Of a stretch of 64,000 nucleotides of DNA, positions 28,228 to 39,072 are shown piece after piece (the first letter of the stretch is position 1; every line of letters begins with the position of its first letter). The DNA is taken from assembly GCA_902385255.1 (NCBI GenBank), contig CABMEV010000010.1:64114-128113 (forward strand), written 5' to 3'. Both the position numbers and the translations under genes were made by a program. Origin of the DNA: Candidatus Tiddalikarchaeum anstoanum. GTDB taxonomy: Archaea; Nanobdellota; Nanobdellia; Tiddalikarchaeales; Tiddalikarchaeaceae. The notes beneath the pieces are model-generated. The model was not told the DNA's origin and did no database searches. It worked only from the letters and a program-made list of their open reading frames with translations.

Positions 28228-30870
28228 ATGAAGAATAAGAAGGAATCTAAAAAAGCAGATGATGAAGAGGAGTTAGAATTAGACTTTGACTCAGTCTTTG
28301 AGTATGTGAAGACGCACAAGTTTGTAATCACGATTATAGGCATAATATTGGCACTCGGTGTCACTTGGATTGTAAGAACGCAGGATATACCGAATTTTGT
28401 AGGCGGAATACTTCCAGACCTTGACACTTACGTATTCCTAAGATACGCTAATGATATTATAACAAAAGGCGCGATACCGCTCAATGATACGATGCGTTAC
28501 TACCCTACAGGTTTTGACACTACTAGTGAATTAATGACTCCTTCTTATGCAATTGCGGCAATTTACCGCATACTTAATTTGTTCACTAATGTGAGCGTCA
28601 ATGATGCTGCAATACTATTTCCTGTCATTACAACCTGCATCGGCATGATATTCTTCTTTTTAATAGCGCACGATGCTTTTGGAAACGCTGTCGCCGTAAT
28701 ATCATCACTGCTACTTGCAGTAAGCCAGGGATTTCTTTACAGGACCAGCGCCGGAGTCCCGGAGAAAGAGCCTATAGCAATAATGTTCTTATTTCCAATG
28801 ATATATTTCATACTTAAGGCAATCAGGAATACCGACCTCAAAAAGAAAATAATATACTCTTTGCTTTGCGGAGTTTGTATAATCGGTTCTGCAGCGTCAT
28901 GGGGAGGTTCAAACTTCACGTTCATACCTTTGGAGATAACGCTATTCTTGCTTGTGATGTTCGGAGTCTCAACGAGAAAAGACTCAATAGTCTACTTCAT
29001 ACTTGTGTTGTCCATATTAGGCATTACTTTAGTCTCAGGACGCTATGGAGTATTCCTTGACATCTTCAAGAATTATATGTTCATACTCTTTGTCCCAGCA
29101 CTATTCCTCAACTTATTCGTGCACGAATTATACCCTAAGTTAAACAGTTTTGTTTCAAAGTACAAGCCTTCCTTCCTGTCAGAACAGTTCTACTCAGTTC
29201 TTCTTGGAATATTTATCCTGTTCATTTTAACACTAATATATCCAGGTATTAGTTATTACTCTTACCTCTTCAAATTCGCATTTGAACGAATCAATAATCC
29301 ATTTGGCTCCGACCCGTTCGCATTAAGCGTCAGTGAGAACCAAGCGCCTTATTTTTATGACCCAAGCAGCCACGTCGACTGGTGGTCGCCTTTAAACTAT
29401 ACTTTTTTCACAATGTTGCTCGGCTCATTTCTGTTATTCTACGAATTATTGAAAGAGTTTAAGCATTCACGATTAATACTGACCATTACTTATGTCGCGT
29501 CAATAGTATTATTCATATTTGCGCGCTTTAGCAGCGACTCGAAATATGCATGGATTAACAATATAATGGACCAGCCATTCCTGGGACTGCAGCTTCACCA
29601 CTGGGTGCTGTTTTCATTCTTCGCCTATTTTGCATTCTTCACATTCAAGAATAACAAGAGAGTTGAAGCATTCAAAAAATTCAGGCCAGAATACTTATTC
29701 CTGTTCTTATGGTTCCTCCTTTCAGCAATAGGTGCAAGCGGAGGAGTAAGATTAATATTCGCAGTGTGCCCTCCGGCAATGATACTGTCAGGATACTTTT
29801 TCAGGAAGCTCTTTGACATAATAAACAGGTTCGTCGAATCTAAGACGCTTGCATCATCAGCGTATGTCCTGGCAATAATACTTATTGGGTATAACCTTTT
29901 CGTATCAATTAATCTTAACAAGAACATTTATCCAAGTTTCACATCAGAATGGAATGATGCAATGAACTGGGTGAAGTTAAACACACCTATTGACAGCGTC
30001 TTTGCTCACTGGTGGGATTATGGCTACTGGGTTCAGACAATGGGTGACAGGGCTACAAACCTCGACGGTGGAAACTTCTTCGTAGACCGAGACCACTTAA
30101 TGGGCAGGTACTTATTCGCATCAAGGGTGTTTAATAACGGGACTTATAATATGAGCGAGCCGGCAACAGCGCTTGTCAGGAACTTTGGAAGCCCTGAGTA
30201 TTTCTTAATAATAGATGATGATGTGTTAAAGTACGTCCAGATGGGAAGGATTGGAAAAAGACCAATGTATTACACAGTAGGAATACCTGACCAGACAATG
30301 ACCAACGACGTAAGGTTCAACATAGCTAACGCTTCAACTTACCCTTCAATTGCAGTCTATAAATCAATTTATGGCGCTTTCCCTGTGCAGGAAGACTTCA
30401 AGTATAATAATTTCCTTTACAAGGCAGGGCAGACTTACATAGTGAACATATTATTCCCTTACAACGAAACTGACGTGTCTCCGAAAGCTTATGCTGCCGT
30501 ATACAACTCTTATGCTGACAGTGCAAATGTCAAACTAGTACCTTTCAACTGTTACTGCACGTACGGCGAACAATGCTATTACTATAGGAATGACGGATTG
30601 CCTGAATGCACTTACTTGGTGAGCGATGGTGTAGTATTAATACCTCAGAATGCAAGCAATAACTTGTTCACACAATTATACCTGCTCAATGCTACAGTTC
30701 CAGGATTCGAAATAGCATATGATAATGACAGGCTGTTAAACATTCAGGGAATGGTCAGTCAAAGCCTTACAGACATTAAGATTTACAAAATAAATTATAC
30801 AGCACTCGACCCGTTCGTGTTAGACTCAGTGCCTAATTACTGGACTACAACAGGCGGAGTATTCTGGTAA
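28228..30870 (+). CDS. aglB: Archaeal oligosaccharyltransferase AglB (STT3 family)
   Basis: 880 aa. N-terminal multi-TM domain. WWDYGYW signature (AHWWDYGYWVQTMGD). Acidic LPDLDTY loop motif near the N-terminus. Large C-terminal soluble domain. Confidence 0.92.
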   Translation: MKNKKESKKADDEEELELDFDSVFEYVKTHKFVITIIGIILALGVTWIVRTQDIPNFVGGILPDLDTYVFLRYANDIITKGAIPLNDTMRYYPTGFDTTSELMTPSYAIAAIYRILNLFTNVSVNDAAILFPVITTCIGMIFFFLIAHDAFGNAVAVISSLLLAVSQGFLYRTSAGVPEKEPIAIMFLFPMIYFILKAIRNTDLKKKIIYSLLCGVCIIGSAASWGGSNFTFIPLEITLFLLVMFGVSTRKDSIVYFILVLSILGITLVSGRYGVFLDIFKNYMFILFVPALFLNLFVHELYPKLNSFVSKYKPSFLSEQFYSVLLGIFILFILTLIYPGISYYSYLFKFAFERINNPFGSDPFALSVSENQAPYFYDPSSHVDWWSPLNYTFFTMLLGSFLLFYELLKEFKHSRLILTITYVASIVLFIFARFSSDSKYAWINNIMDQPFLGLQLHHWVLFSFFAYFAFFTFKNNKRVEAFKKFRPEYLFLFLWFLLSAIGASGGVRLIFAVCPPAMILSGYFFRKLFDIINRFVESKTLASSAYVLAIILIGYNLFVSINLNKNIYPSFTSEWNDAMNWVKLNTPIDSVFAHWWDYGYWVQTMGDRATNLDGGNFFVDRDHLMGRYLFASRVFNNGTYNMSEPATALVRNFGSPEYFLIIDDDVLKYVQMGRIGKRPMYYTVGIPDQTMTNDVRFNIANASTYPSIAVYKSIYGAFPVQEDFKYNNFLYKAGQTYIVNILFPYNETDVSPKAYAAVYNSYADSANVKLVPFNCYCTYGEQCYYYRNDGLPECTYLVSDGVVLIPQNASNNLFTQLYLLNATVPGFEIAYDNDRLLNIQGMVSQSLTDIKIYKINYTALDPFVLDSVPNYWTTTGGVFW

Positions 30871-30876
30871 AAAAAC

Positions 30877-31902
30877 ATGATAGTTTCGCTTATAACACTG
30901 ACTGTAAGTTTCTTAGTGACTTACTTTATCACACCTCTTTTCATAAACTATTTTAACAGTATTGGGCTCGTAAACAGCGACGTTCATAAAAAAACAAAGA
31001 CAATAGTTGCAAACAGCGGGGGAATACCTGTAATCTCAGGGATAGTAATGGGCCTGTTTACTTACATAGCATTAAAGACGTTCATTTACAAGGATGCAAC
31101 AAGCCTTATAGAATTATTCAGCGCCATAACAAGCATATTAATAATAACATTCTCAGGATTCCTTGACGACTTAAACAGCAAACCCCAAAAATACGAAGGG
31201 TTCACTTACAAATCAGGCCTAAAACAATGGCAGAAACCTTTGTTTACACTGCCAGCAGTAATACCTTTAATGGTGATTAATGCAGGAGAAACTACAATGA
31301 GCCTGCCTTTGCTAGGACTTGTGAATTTCGGATTATTATACCCCTTAGTGCTCATCCCACTTGGCATAGTCGGATGCGCTAATATGGTAAACCTCCTTGG
31401 AGGATTTAACGGCTCGGAAGCAGGTATGGGCATAATATACACATTAAGCCTTGGTCTTTACGCATTATATGCGCATCAGAATATTGCTGCAATAATCTTA
31501 TTGTCTACAACAGTGAGCCTCATCGCATTTTTGAATTTTAACTTTGCACCGGCAAGAATATTATCAGGCGACAGTTTAACGTATGCTTTGGGAGGAATAG
31601 TTGCAGTGTGCGCAATACTTGGCAACATGGAGAAATTTGCACTTGTAACAATGAGCTTGTTTATAATAGAATGGATACTGAAACTACGATCCTTACATGA
31701 CTTGAAACACTTCGCGACGAGCTTGGGGCACCTTGATAAGAAAACAATGCTGATAACATCAAAATATGACAAAGTGTACTCCTTAACTCATATAGCCATG
31801 GGAAAGAATGGTTCAACAGAGAAAGTAATTGCAGTCAAACTTGTCGCGCTGCAGATACTTGTTGCAGTAATTCCATGGATACTTTTTGTCAAAATAGTAT
31901 AA
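30877..31902 (+). CDS. Polyprenyl-phosphate sugar-1-phosphate transferase (GT4 MraY/WecA/AglH-like), the first committed step of lipid-linked glycan assembly
   Basis: 341 aa with about 10 TM. DDxxD-like FLDDLNSK. NMVNLLGGFNGSEAG matches the NxxNxxDGxDGL motif of GPT-family enzymes. Confidence 0.7.
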   Translation: MIVSLITLTVSFLVTYFITPLFINYFNSIGLVNSDVHKKTKTIVANSGGIPVISGIVMGLFTYIALKTFIYKDATSLIELFSAITSILIITFSGFLDDLNSKPQKYEGFTYKSGLKQWQKPLFTLPAVIPLMVINAGETTMSLPLLGLVNFGLLYPLVLIPLGIVGCANMVNLLGGFNGSEAGMGIIYTLSLGLYALYAHQNIAAIILLSTTVSLIAFLNFNFAPARILSGDSLTYALGGIVAVCAILGNMEKFALVTMSLFIIEWILKLRSLHDLKHFATSLGHLDKKTMLITSKYDKVYSLTHIAMGKNGSTEKVIAVKLVALQILVAVIPWILFVKIV

Positions 31903-31915
31903 TTTTTTTTATTTT
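31903..31915 (+). terminator. Oligo-T terminator (T8 a T4)
   Basis: TTTTTTTTATTTT immediately after the TAA at 31900-31902. Confidence 0.5.
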
Positions 31916-32784
31916 GTAGTCTCAACTCTCTGCCAAACCTGTTTGAAACTCTTTTTTACCAGCCTGTCGTAAAATGTTAAAATCCATAAGTAAAGTCTTA
32001 TCGGGAATAATAACAAACTCCATACTAATTCAATGGGGTTCTTTGCGTAACTTAATGCGTAACTTGGGCCTTTTATTATTTCATTTTTCAGGCTTCGCAT
32101 TTTGACATCTTGTCTGAAATAATTATTTATCTGATGGTATCCTCCTGCACTCCTTCTTTTCTGCTTAATCCAATCTGACAAAGTTGTCGGGTATTTTACG
32201 AAAACTTCAGCCTTTGGCGAGTAAGCAGTATCGTAGCCTTTGCTCCAAACATAATGGCTGATATATGCATCTTCGCTTAACAGGTTTGGAGGAAGCTCTT
32301 TTACTATCCCTTTTCTTAATCCCAACAAGTAGCCGCTGCAGTCGATGAATAATTTTTTGCTGCTCCTCTTTAATCTTTCATTATGCGCAGCTTCAACTAA
32401 TAAATGCGACCAGTAGCCTAGCATATTATTCTTAGGGTTAATGCTGACTACTCTTCCGCTTGCGCAGCCGACGTCGCGGTTTTTGAAAGCGTCAATCATG
32501 TAATTAATGCTGTTTTTGCCAAGGTAAGTGTCGCCATCGCATAATATCATAACTTCACCTTTAGCTTGTTCAAAACCCAGGTTTAAGGCTGCAAATTTTC
32601 CAATACCTTTATCCTTGAAAATCCTCGCCTTTTTGTAAGACTCTTTTGCAGACATAAGCGTCTCCTTGTCAGGTGCGATAACTAAAACTTCAAAAGGTTC
32701 GCTTATTTTTTGAGAAGTAATCGATTTTAAGCACTTATTTATCGTTTTTTCCTCTTTATATGCGGTAACTATTATTGAAATCAT
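31909..32784 (-). CDS. Family 2 glycosyltransferase
   Basis: 291 aa. MISIIVTAYKEEKTINKCLKSI, DGD motif (MILCDGDTY). Confidence 0.85.
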   Translation of the reverse strand: MISIIVTAYKEEKTINKCLKSITSQKISEPFEVLVIAPDKETLMSAKESYKKARIFKDKGIGKFAALNLGFEQAKGEVMILCDGDTYLGKNSINYMIDAFKNRDVGCASGRVVSINPKNNMLGYWSHLLVEAAHNERLKRSSKKLFIDCSGYLLGLRKGIVKELPPNLLSEDAYISHYVWSKGYDTAYSPKAEVFVKYPTTLSDWIKQKRRSAGGYHQINNYFRQDVKMRSLKNEIIKGPSYALSYAKNPIELVWSLLLFPIRLYLWILTFYDRLVKKSFKQVWQRVETTK

Positions 32785-32818
32785 AACGTTTTAAATTGTT
32801 AGTATATTTTAAAATCTT

Positions 32819-33772
32819 ATGAAAAAGGCCGAAAAAGTTAGCAAGCATAAAAAATTCAAGTTTGACACAAGAATATTCGCAGTAATAGGAATATTAATTT
32901 TTTTATATATCATTTCAAAATCTAACCTGGCATACTTATTCTCCGTCCTTGCAAACCTTGATTATAGATTTGTAATCTTGTCATTTTTAATCACAATATT
33001 AACAATAGTGTTAAAGAGCGTGAAGTGGAAATTATTAATAACTGAGGCAAAGTTTGATTATTCTATTGCCCGTTCAATCATTGTTTGGGTTATAAGTTTC
33101 GCTTACGGTTTTATTACTCCCGGAAGGGCAGGTGACTTCATAAGGGTCTTCTACTTAAAGCAGGATGCTGATATTCCAAAAAGAAAAGGATTCATTATAT
33201 GCTTATTAGACAGGTTAGTTGACCTGGCAAGCCTGGCGATTATAACGCTGGTGCTTTATTCAGCATCAATAAACATACCATTCCAGCTAATAATGATAAT
33301 AATATTATTTTCTTTAGTGTCAGTACTCCTTGCAGTAATACTCGACAAACTGGTTAAGTACTCCCATGAAAGAATCAAATCTTTATACTATCTTTCTAAG
33401 GATTTCGTAATTGAGGTATTTAAGATGTACAGTCCAAAACAAGTGTTTTTCCCTTTCTCAATAAGTATTACAAGCTGGTTTTTCAGCTTCCTGCAGAGTT
33501 TCCTGATACTGCTTGCGATGGGAAAAACAGTTCCTTTCCTCATCTTTAGCACTGCAACATCCACGGCAATACTAGTAAGCCTTCTCCCAATAAGCATAGG
33601 AGGTCTTGGAACTACAGAGGCAACCCTTTATTTCTTTCTGTCATCTTATTTAAGCATGGAAGAGGTTATTGCATTAGCATTTGTCTCAAATGTTGTAGGA
33701 TTATGGATACCTGCCCTTATTGGTTTTGTGCTTAATGGTTTTAAAAAATTAGAAGGTGAAAAATTAAAATGA
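32819..33772 (+). CDS. UPF0104 flippase-like membrane protein (lysyl-PG-synthase TM-region family)
   Basis: 317 aa with about 8 TM. N-terminal pattern ...LANLDYRFVILSFLITILTIVLKSVKWKLLI is typical of this family. Its stop overlaps the next GT2 start (ATGA). Confidence 0.65.
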   Translation: MKKAEKVSKHKKFKFDTRIFAVIGILIFLYIISKSNLAYLFSVLANLDYRFVILSFLITILTIVLKSVKWKLLITEAKFDYSIARSIIVWVISFAYGFITPGRAGDFIRVFYLKQDADIPKRKGFIICLLDRLVDLASLAIITLVLYSASINIPFQLIMIIILFSLVSVLLAVILDKLVKYSHERIKSLYYLSKDFVIEVFKMYSPKQVFFPFSISITSWFFSFLQSFLILLAMGKTVPFLIFSTATSTAILVSLLPISIGGLGTTEATLYFFLSSYLSMEEVIALAFVSNVVGLWIPALIGFVLNGFKKLEGEKLK

Positions 33773-34428
33773 TCAGCGTAGTCGTGCCGACTTATAATGA
33801 GAAAGAGAGCGTCAGCGAATTCTTAAGAGTGTTAAAGCAGAATTTGAAAACAGAATTTAATGTTATCATGATAGATGACTCTAATGATAATACTGCAAAA
33901 GTTGCAGAAACATCATGCAAACAATTAGGTATTAAATCAGTAATCATCCACAGGAGAGGAAAGAAAGGCAAAGGAAGCGCAGTAGCCGACGGGCTTAAAC
34001 TCGCAAAAGGAGACACTATAGTAATAATTGATGCAGACTTGGAATACCACCCGCGCTATATAACTCCCATGATAAAAAAGTTATCAGACTGCGACGTAGT
34101 CACCGCTGTAAGGATAAGGCGTGATGTATGGTACAGGCAGATACTTGGTGCATTATTCAAATTCGCAGTAAGATTGATGTTTGGAATACCTTTCGAAACC
34201 CAGTCAGGATTGAAAGTTATGAAAAGAAGCGCTGTTAAAAACATAGAAATTGAAAGCATAGGATGGTCATGGGATGTAGAATTCATCAAAAAATTAATGA
34301 ATAATAAAGCAGTGATTTGCACGCACACAATCCCTTACACAACAAGGGAGTTTGGAAGCAGCAAGATTAATTTTTTTACGCCAATTCAGATGCTTTTAGA
34401 TTTGATTGTTCTCAGGTTTAAGTTATAA
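33769..34428 (+). CDS. Polyprenyl/dolichyl-phosphate hexose synthase-like GT2 (DPM1/GtrB-like)
   Basis: 219 aa. MISVVVPTYNEKESVSEF...IMIDDSNDNT...GKGSAVADGLKLAKGDTIVIIDADLEYHP. Confidence 0.8.
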   Translation: MISVVVPTYNEKESVSEFLRVLKQNLKTEFNVIMIDDSNDNTAKVAETSCKQLGIKSVIIHRRGKKGKGSAVADGLKLAKGDTIVIIDADLEYHPRYITPMIKKLSDCDVVTAVRIRRDVWYRQILGALFKFAVRLMFGIPFETQSGLKVMKRSAVKNIEIESIGWSWDVEFIKKLMNNKAVICTHTIPYTTREFGSSKINFFTPIQMLLDLIVLRFKL

Positions 34429-35306
34429 CCTTCAACTATGCCTTTTATTTCAGTAAGGTAATAAATATTCATGTATATTACTGACCTAATTATTGACATT
34501 ATTAATTCGCGCAGCAGATAAAAAAACAATCTCACTGCATTATTCTTATACAAGTGCTTGAAGAAGAAATAACTCGTATTCCTGTGATACCAGTATGCCC
34601 AATCCTTTTTCCTTGAAGGATCTATGTTGCCCCCTATGCTGGAAGCATTATGAAAAACCCTGGCTTTCGGCTCGAACACAACATCGAATCCGGATTCAAA
34701 AACCCTGTACACGAATTCAGTCTCGTCCCTGTAATGGCCTTCCATCTTCTCATCCATCAACCCTATCTTTTTGATTACGCTTCTTCTGATGCTGAAATTG
34801 GAGCCGTGAAGGTGTTCAACAATAATCTTATTTTTATAATCCGGGGAAAAATTGGATATTATCTCGCCTGACCAAGTTATAGAGCCAGGCTTGTTAAAAG
34901 CAAAAAATAATCTGTGAAGAAGTGATATTTTTTCTTTAATCTCGCTTCCGCCTGCTGCGCCAACATTAACATCACAATAATCCCTCATTATATACTTGAA
35001 ATAATCCTTTTGTATTTCCGTATCGTCGTCGAAGAAGAATAATATTTCACCACGTGCTTTCTTTATCCCTAAATTCCTAGCTTTAACGCTTCCAACAGCG
35101 CTCTCTGTTTTAATCTCAACAATGTTAAGCTTGGAATCCCTGCAGACACGGCTTGTCTCATCCCTTAATTTTTTATCATTATTATTGTTTATTACAACTA
35201 CTTCAAAAGGCTTAATAGGGTTCAGGTCTAAAACTTCTATTGATTTTATGCATTTTTCGAATATTTTAGGCCTGCCGAAAGTTGGTATTATAATTGAAAC
35301 TTTCAT
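34386..35306 (-). CDS. Family 2 glycosyltransferase
   Basis: 306 aa. MKVSIIIPTFGRP...FFFDDDTEI. Confidence 0.85.
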   Translation of the reverse strand: MKVSIIIPTFGRPKIFEKCIKSIEVLDLNPIKPFEVVVINNNNDKKLRDETSRVCRDSKLNIVEIKTESAVGSVKARNLGIKKARGEILFFFDDDTEIQKDYFKYIMRDYCDVNVGAAGGSEIKEKISLLHRLFFAFNKPGSITWSGEIISNFSPDYKNKIIVEHLHGSNFSIRRSVIKKIGLMDEKMEGHYRDETEFVYRVFESGFDVVFEPKARVFHNASSIGGNIDPSRKKDWAYWYHRNTSYFFFKHLYKNNAVRLFFYLLRELIMSIIRSVIYMNIYYLTEIKGIVEGYNLNLRTIKSKSI

Positions 35307-36379
35307 TTTTTTAACAGCTCCGCGTATAATTTTTTATGTTCCTCGTAAACTTTAACCCAGCTGAATTTTTTAACCCATACTAATCCTTTCCTAGATAAAT
35401 CTTCCCGCAATTTTTTATTATTATATAATTTCATAATTTTTTCAATAAAATCCTTAATATCACCCTGTTTGAAATACTGGCATACTTCTCCGCCAGCCTC
35501 CTTTATTGCCGGCTGGTCGCTTGCCAAAACAGGCACCCCGCATGCCATACCTTCAAGTACTACAAGTCCGAAACCTTCAGACATCATGGTAGGGAAAACA
35601 ACAAGGTCGCTCTCTCCAATCAGTCTTGGAAGCTCCTTTTCAGGTATATTAATATAATACTTTATACCATCTCCTTTTTCTAAATTATTATAATACTCCT
35701 CGTCGCTGACATATCCTATAATTCTTAATTCGCACATTTTTTGAACATTTTTAGGCAGCGTATTAAACGCTTTGATTAAGAAGTCCTGTCCTTTTTCAGG
35801 GCTTATCCTTGATACGTGGCTGATTATGAATTTATTATGCTTACTTCTTGCATAGGGCTTGAATTTTTCCAAGTCAACGCCGTTTGGTATTACTTTTATT
35901 TTCTCCTTCTTAACTCCCATTTTTACCAAGTCATTCATTGTTCCGTTGCTTACAGTTATCACCTTATCTGCACGGTTAGCCTGCCAGACAAGCACTCTCC
36001 CAAGAAATTTATTGATTAACGTTTGCTTTCTGATGTTCGGGTCTATGAAGTGGCCCACATGGTGTATTGTAAGTACGAATGGCGTTTTAGACAATCTTAT
36101 ACACTCTATGTTATTTGCATGCACCAAGTCACACTTGTTGAATAAGTTTCTCAAGCTCATATTCCAAGTGTAGTAAATGTACCGAATCAGCGCATTCTTT
36201 GTCTTTAAATGCTTGAATACCGAGCTGTCTTTTGGAAAAACGTCATTATTAGTGTATCCGCTGATTATTCTGATTTTGAACTCCTTCTCAGCTTTTTTAT
36301 ATAATTCATAGAATACTTTTTCGCATCCTCCCTTGCAGTCCGGATAAAAATTCCTGGAGACAAAATTTAGAACTTTCAT
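35303..36379 (-). CDS. Family 4 (GT-B) glycosyltransferase
   Basis: 358 aa. C-terminal EGFGLVVLEGMACGVPVLAS. Confidence 0.85.
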   Translation of the reverse strand: MKVLNFVSRNFYPDCKGGCEKVFYELYKKAEKEFKIRIISGYTNNDVFPKDSSVFKHLKTKNALIRYIYYTWNMSLRNLFNKCDLVHANNIECIRLSKTPFVLTIHHVGHFIDPNIRKQTLINKFLGRVLVWQANRADKVITVSNGTMNDLVKMGVKKEKIKVIPNGVDLEKFKPYARSKHNKFIISHVSRISPEKGQDFLIKAFNTLPKNVQKMCELRIIGYVSDEEYYNNLEKGDGIKYYINIPEKELPRLIGESDLVVFPTMMSEGFGLVVLEGMACGVPVLASDQPAIKEAGGEVCQYFKQGDIKDFIEKIMKLYNNKKLREDLSRKGLVWVKKFSWVKVYEEHKKLYAELLKK

Positions 36380-36388
36380 TTTTAAACT

Positions 36389-37966
36389 TCAGCAGCTCCT
36401 AATATCATATACTTTTGTCATTTCATAATTTTTAACAGATATGGAATTATAAGGGCATCTGGCTAGACTATTATTTATGCTGCTAACACATTCGCCGCTT
36501 CCTATCACATGCGTAATGCTTGAATTTTTTAAAATTTCAAAACTGGGGCAGGTATTAGTTCCCAGCATTAATTTAGCTATTCCAGCGTTGATGTAGTTAA
36601 CATTATTGTTAACATAGAATCCGATTAGGCCTGTAGTGCCGACCGGGTCGTATACGTTTACACCGTTTAATGAGTTTAAGTATTCGCCAACGATTCTTGA
36701 GTCAAAATTGCGAAGGTTATGGCCATCTTGGCATTCCTGGCTCGTGCATAATACGTTTTTTGCAAGCCCCATATTCGGGAAATAATATGCTGTCAATGCT
36801 AGGTCTGAGATTATTATCACTAATGAGATTATAAGCCAAAATTTGGATGCGTATTTTATTTTATTATTATCCGAGAAAACTCTTCCTGCAATTATGAAAA
36901 AAAGCATGGAGTACTGTATTCCTCTCTTTATGGATTCGTGAGCTTCGAAGAATCCGCTGAAGAGCAACAAAACTAACAAGAAGACTGAGAATGCATCATT
37001 CAATTTGATGTTTTTTATTTCTTTATATATCATATATAAAGAAGATGCTACTAGTATCCATAATAACGGATTATTGAAGAACAAAGAGTCATATAATAAT
37101 TCAAATAGTACGAAGTGGATTCCTGCTCCTCCTGCCAAGTTGTAATACTGGTATACTTTGTACGGGACGCTGAAATCAAATCCAAAGATTATTCCTAATG
37201 TCAGCGCGCTAACTCCAGCAATTATGAGAATATTTTTCAAAATAACTACGACATCAAATGATAATTCTTTCTTCAGCATCTTAATGCCAGCGATTGTTGA
37301 AAATGCTGCAAATAAAGGTATGAGAACCAAGCCGTTTAGTTTCGCGGCTGCTATGAGCCCTAAAAATACGCTGCTAATAACCAAGTCCTGCAATTTCTTT
37401 TTTTCAAGCCATAAGTAGAAAAATAGCAGCGCCAAAACAGTGTATAATATCTGGAAAATTTCAAGCAGCGCCACCCTGCTGTAGTCTATGATTAACGGGT
37501 TGAATGAGAATAGTGCAAAACTTATTAGTCCCGCTTTTTTCCCGTACATATTTTTAACCAGGAAATATATTACTACTCCGCTTATTATGCCTGCAAGCGC
37601 AGACGGCAGCCTCGCTGCAAACTCGAGTCCTTTTATCAAATCCCTGTTAACATCTATGCTTGCATAATCCATCTGTGGATAATTTCTTATAGGCGAGAAG
37701 TCGCGGTTTGACAATAAGACAATTGACAATCCTATTGGCCACTGCCCTCCAGGTGTTGCCATATCATATAATGAGACGCTGTAAGGATTGTTCAAAAAAT
37801 GTTTTATCCCAGCCGTAATAATCACAGGCTCGTCAGTAGTATAACCAACGGAGTCAAGATTGCTTAATCGGATAAAAGATGATACAATAAGCACTGCGAA
37901 GAATATTAACGTAAACTTGTCAATTTTGATTTTCATTTCAGTATCCTCTCTGCTATACTCACCCAA
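36389..37966 (-). CDS. Polytopic membrane glycosyltransferase-like protein (GT-C fold, ArnT/PMT-like?)
   Basis: 525 aa. N-terminal TM with a TTDEP acidic loop motif, about 11 TM, and a C-terminal soluble Cys-containing domain. Confidence 0.5.
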   Translation of the reverse strand: MGEYSREDTEMKIKIDKFTLIFFAVLIVSSFIRLSNLDSVGYTTDEPVIITAGIKHFLNNPYSVSLYDMATPGGQWPIGLSIVLLSNRDFSPIRNYPQMDYASIDVNRDLIKGLEFAARLPSALAGIISGVVIYFLVKNMYGKKAGLISFALFSFNPLIIDYSRVALLEIFQILYTVLALLFFYLWLEKKKLQDLVISSVFLGLIAAAKLNGLVLIPLFAAFSTIAGIKMLKKELSFDVVVILKNILIIAGVSALTLGIIFGFDFSVPYKVYQYYNLAGGAGIHFVLFELLYDSLFFNNPLLWILVASSLYMIYKEIKNIKLNDAFSVFLLVLLLFSGFFEAHESIKRGIQYSMLFFIIAGRVFSDNNKIKYASKFWLIISLVIIISDLALTAYYFPNMGLAKNVLCTSQECQDGHNLRNFDSRIVGEYLNSLNGVNVYDPVGTTGLIGFYVNNNVNYINAGIAKLMLGTNTCPSFEILKNSSITHVIGSGECVSSINNSLARCPYNSISVKNYEMTKVYDIRSC

Positions 37967-39036
37967 TCATATTTTTCCAGGCAAATATCCCTGTTAGTTT
38001 CGCCTATTTTTTTAGTTAATCGCTTCGATTTATATAATTTTAATACGCACTTTACAAGATCTTCATCATCGTTCGTTTTAACCCTGAAGCCGTTAATTCC
38101 ATTTTTAACCAGTTTTTGGAGGTTTCCAGCATCAGTGACTATTACTGGCTTTGCCATACTCATATACTCAAAAAGTTTCAAAGGCGAGAAGTAAAAGCCC
38201 AGCCTTTTCATAGGTTCATAATTTTCAGTGTCGGGGACATATAAGCAGACATCGCTGTCCGCTATTATTTGAGGTATCTTATTATAATTCACCCTGCCAA
38301 GGAATCTTGTATTTTCACTATTCTCTCCTGTCCCGCCTGCGAAAACAAACAATATTTTTTTGTACTTCTTCAATTTCTCTGCAGCTTTTAATATTGTCTC
38401 AACACCCTGCCATTTCGCGAACGTCCCTACAAACAAGCAGACGAACTTGTCATTCAAATTATCCCTTTTTAATTTTTCAGGATTGAAAAGTTCTGTATCA
38501 ACCCCGTTTGTAAGAACTCTTACTTTTTTAGGGCTGGCTCTCTTTGTCATTATCTTATCATGGGTGATTATTTTGTCTGCGAATTTGAACACGCAATACT
38601 CCCATATTGATGCTAATATCATCATGGTGAAGCTTATCCTTTTTTCAATATAAGGCGCGTCAACAGTCGGGTCGTTTACTTCTAGAATGGTTTTCTTGCC
38701 TAACAATTTTCCAATTACAGCACCAACACCACCGAATATCCTGTAGCGCTCGTAGACTATATCCGGTGAAAAATTATTTATCTGATATACTGAGTTAGTA
38801 ACACTTTTTAAAAATAAAACCAGCATGTTCAGCCAGTTTTTAGAACTAATACGCCAATAAACACGCCTAACTTCAATACCATCCAATACATCCTTTACTG
38901 ACTCCTCATTATTCCACTCGCAGACTATCCTGATTTCATTGCCCAATTTTTGGAAAGCTCTTGCTATACTCAATTCATGAGTGGAACCTCCAAGCCCGGG
39001 AATTGGCGTGTCCCAGGTGAAATGTAAAATCTTCAT
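37933..39036 (-). CDS. Family 4 glycosyltransferase
   Basis: 367 aa. MKILHFTWDTPIPGLGGSTHELSIARAF. Confidence 0.85.
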   Translation of the reverse strand: MKILHFTWDTPIPGLGGSTHELSIARAFQKLGNEIRIVCEWNNEESVKDVLDGIEVRRVYWRISSKNWLNMLVLFLKSVTNSVYQINNFSPDIVYERYRIFGGVGAVIGKLLGKKTILEVNDPTVDAPYIEKRISFTMMILASIWEYCVFKFADKIITHDKIMTKRASPKKVRVLTNGVDTELFNPEKLKRDNLNDKFVCLFVGTFAKWQGVETILKAAEKLKKYKKILFVFAGGTGENSENTRFLGRVNYNKIPQIIADSDVCLYVPDTENYEPMKRLGFYFSPLKLFEYMSMAKPVIVTDAGNLQKLVKNGINGFRVKTNDDEDLVKCVLKLYKSKRLTKKIGETNRDICLEKYDWVSIAERILK

Positions 39037-39072
39037 TTTATTGTTATATTAACAAGGATTATATAAAAACTT

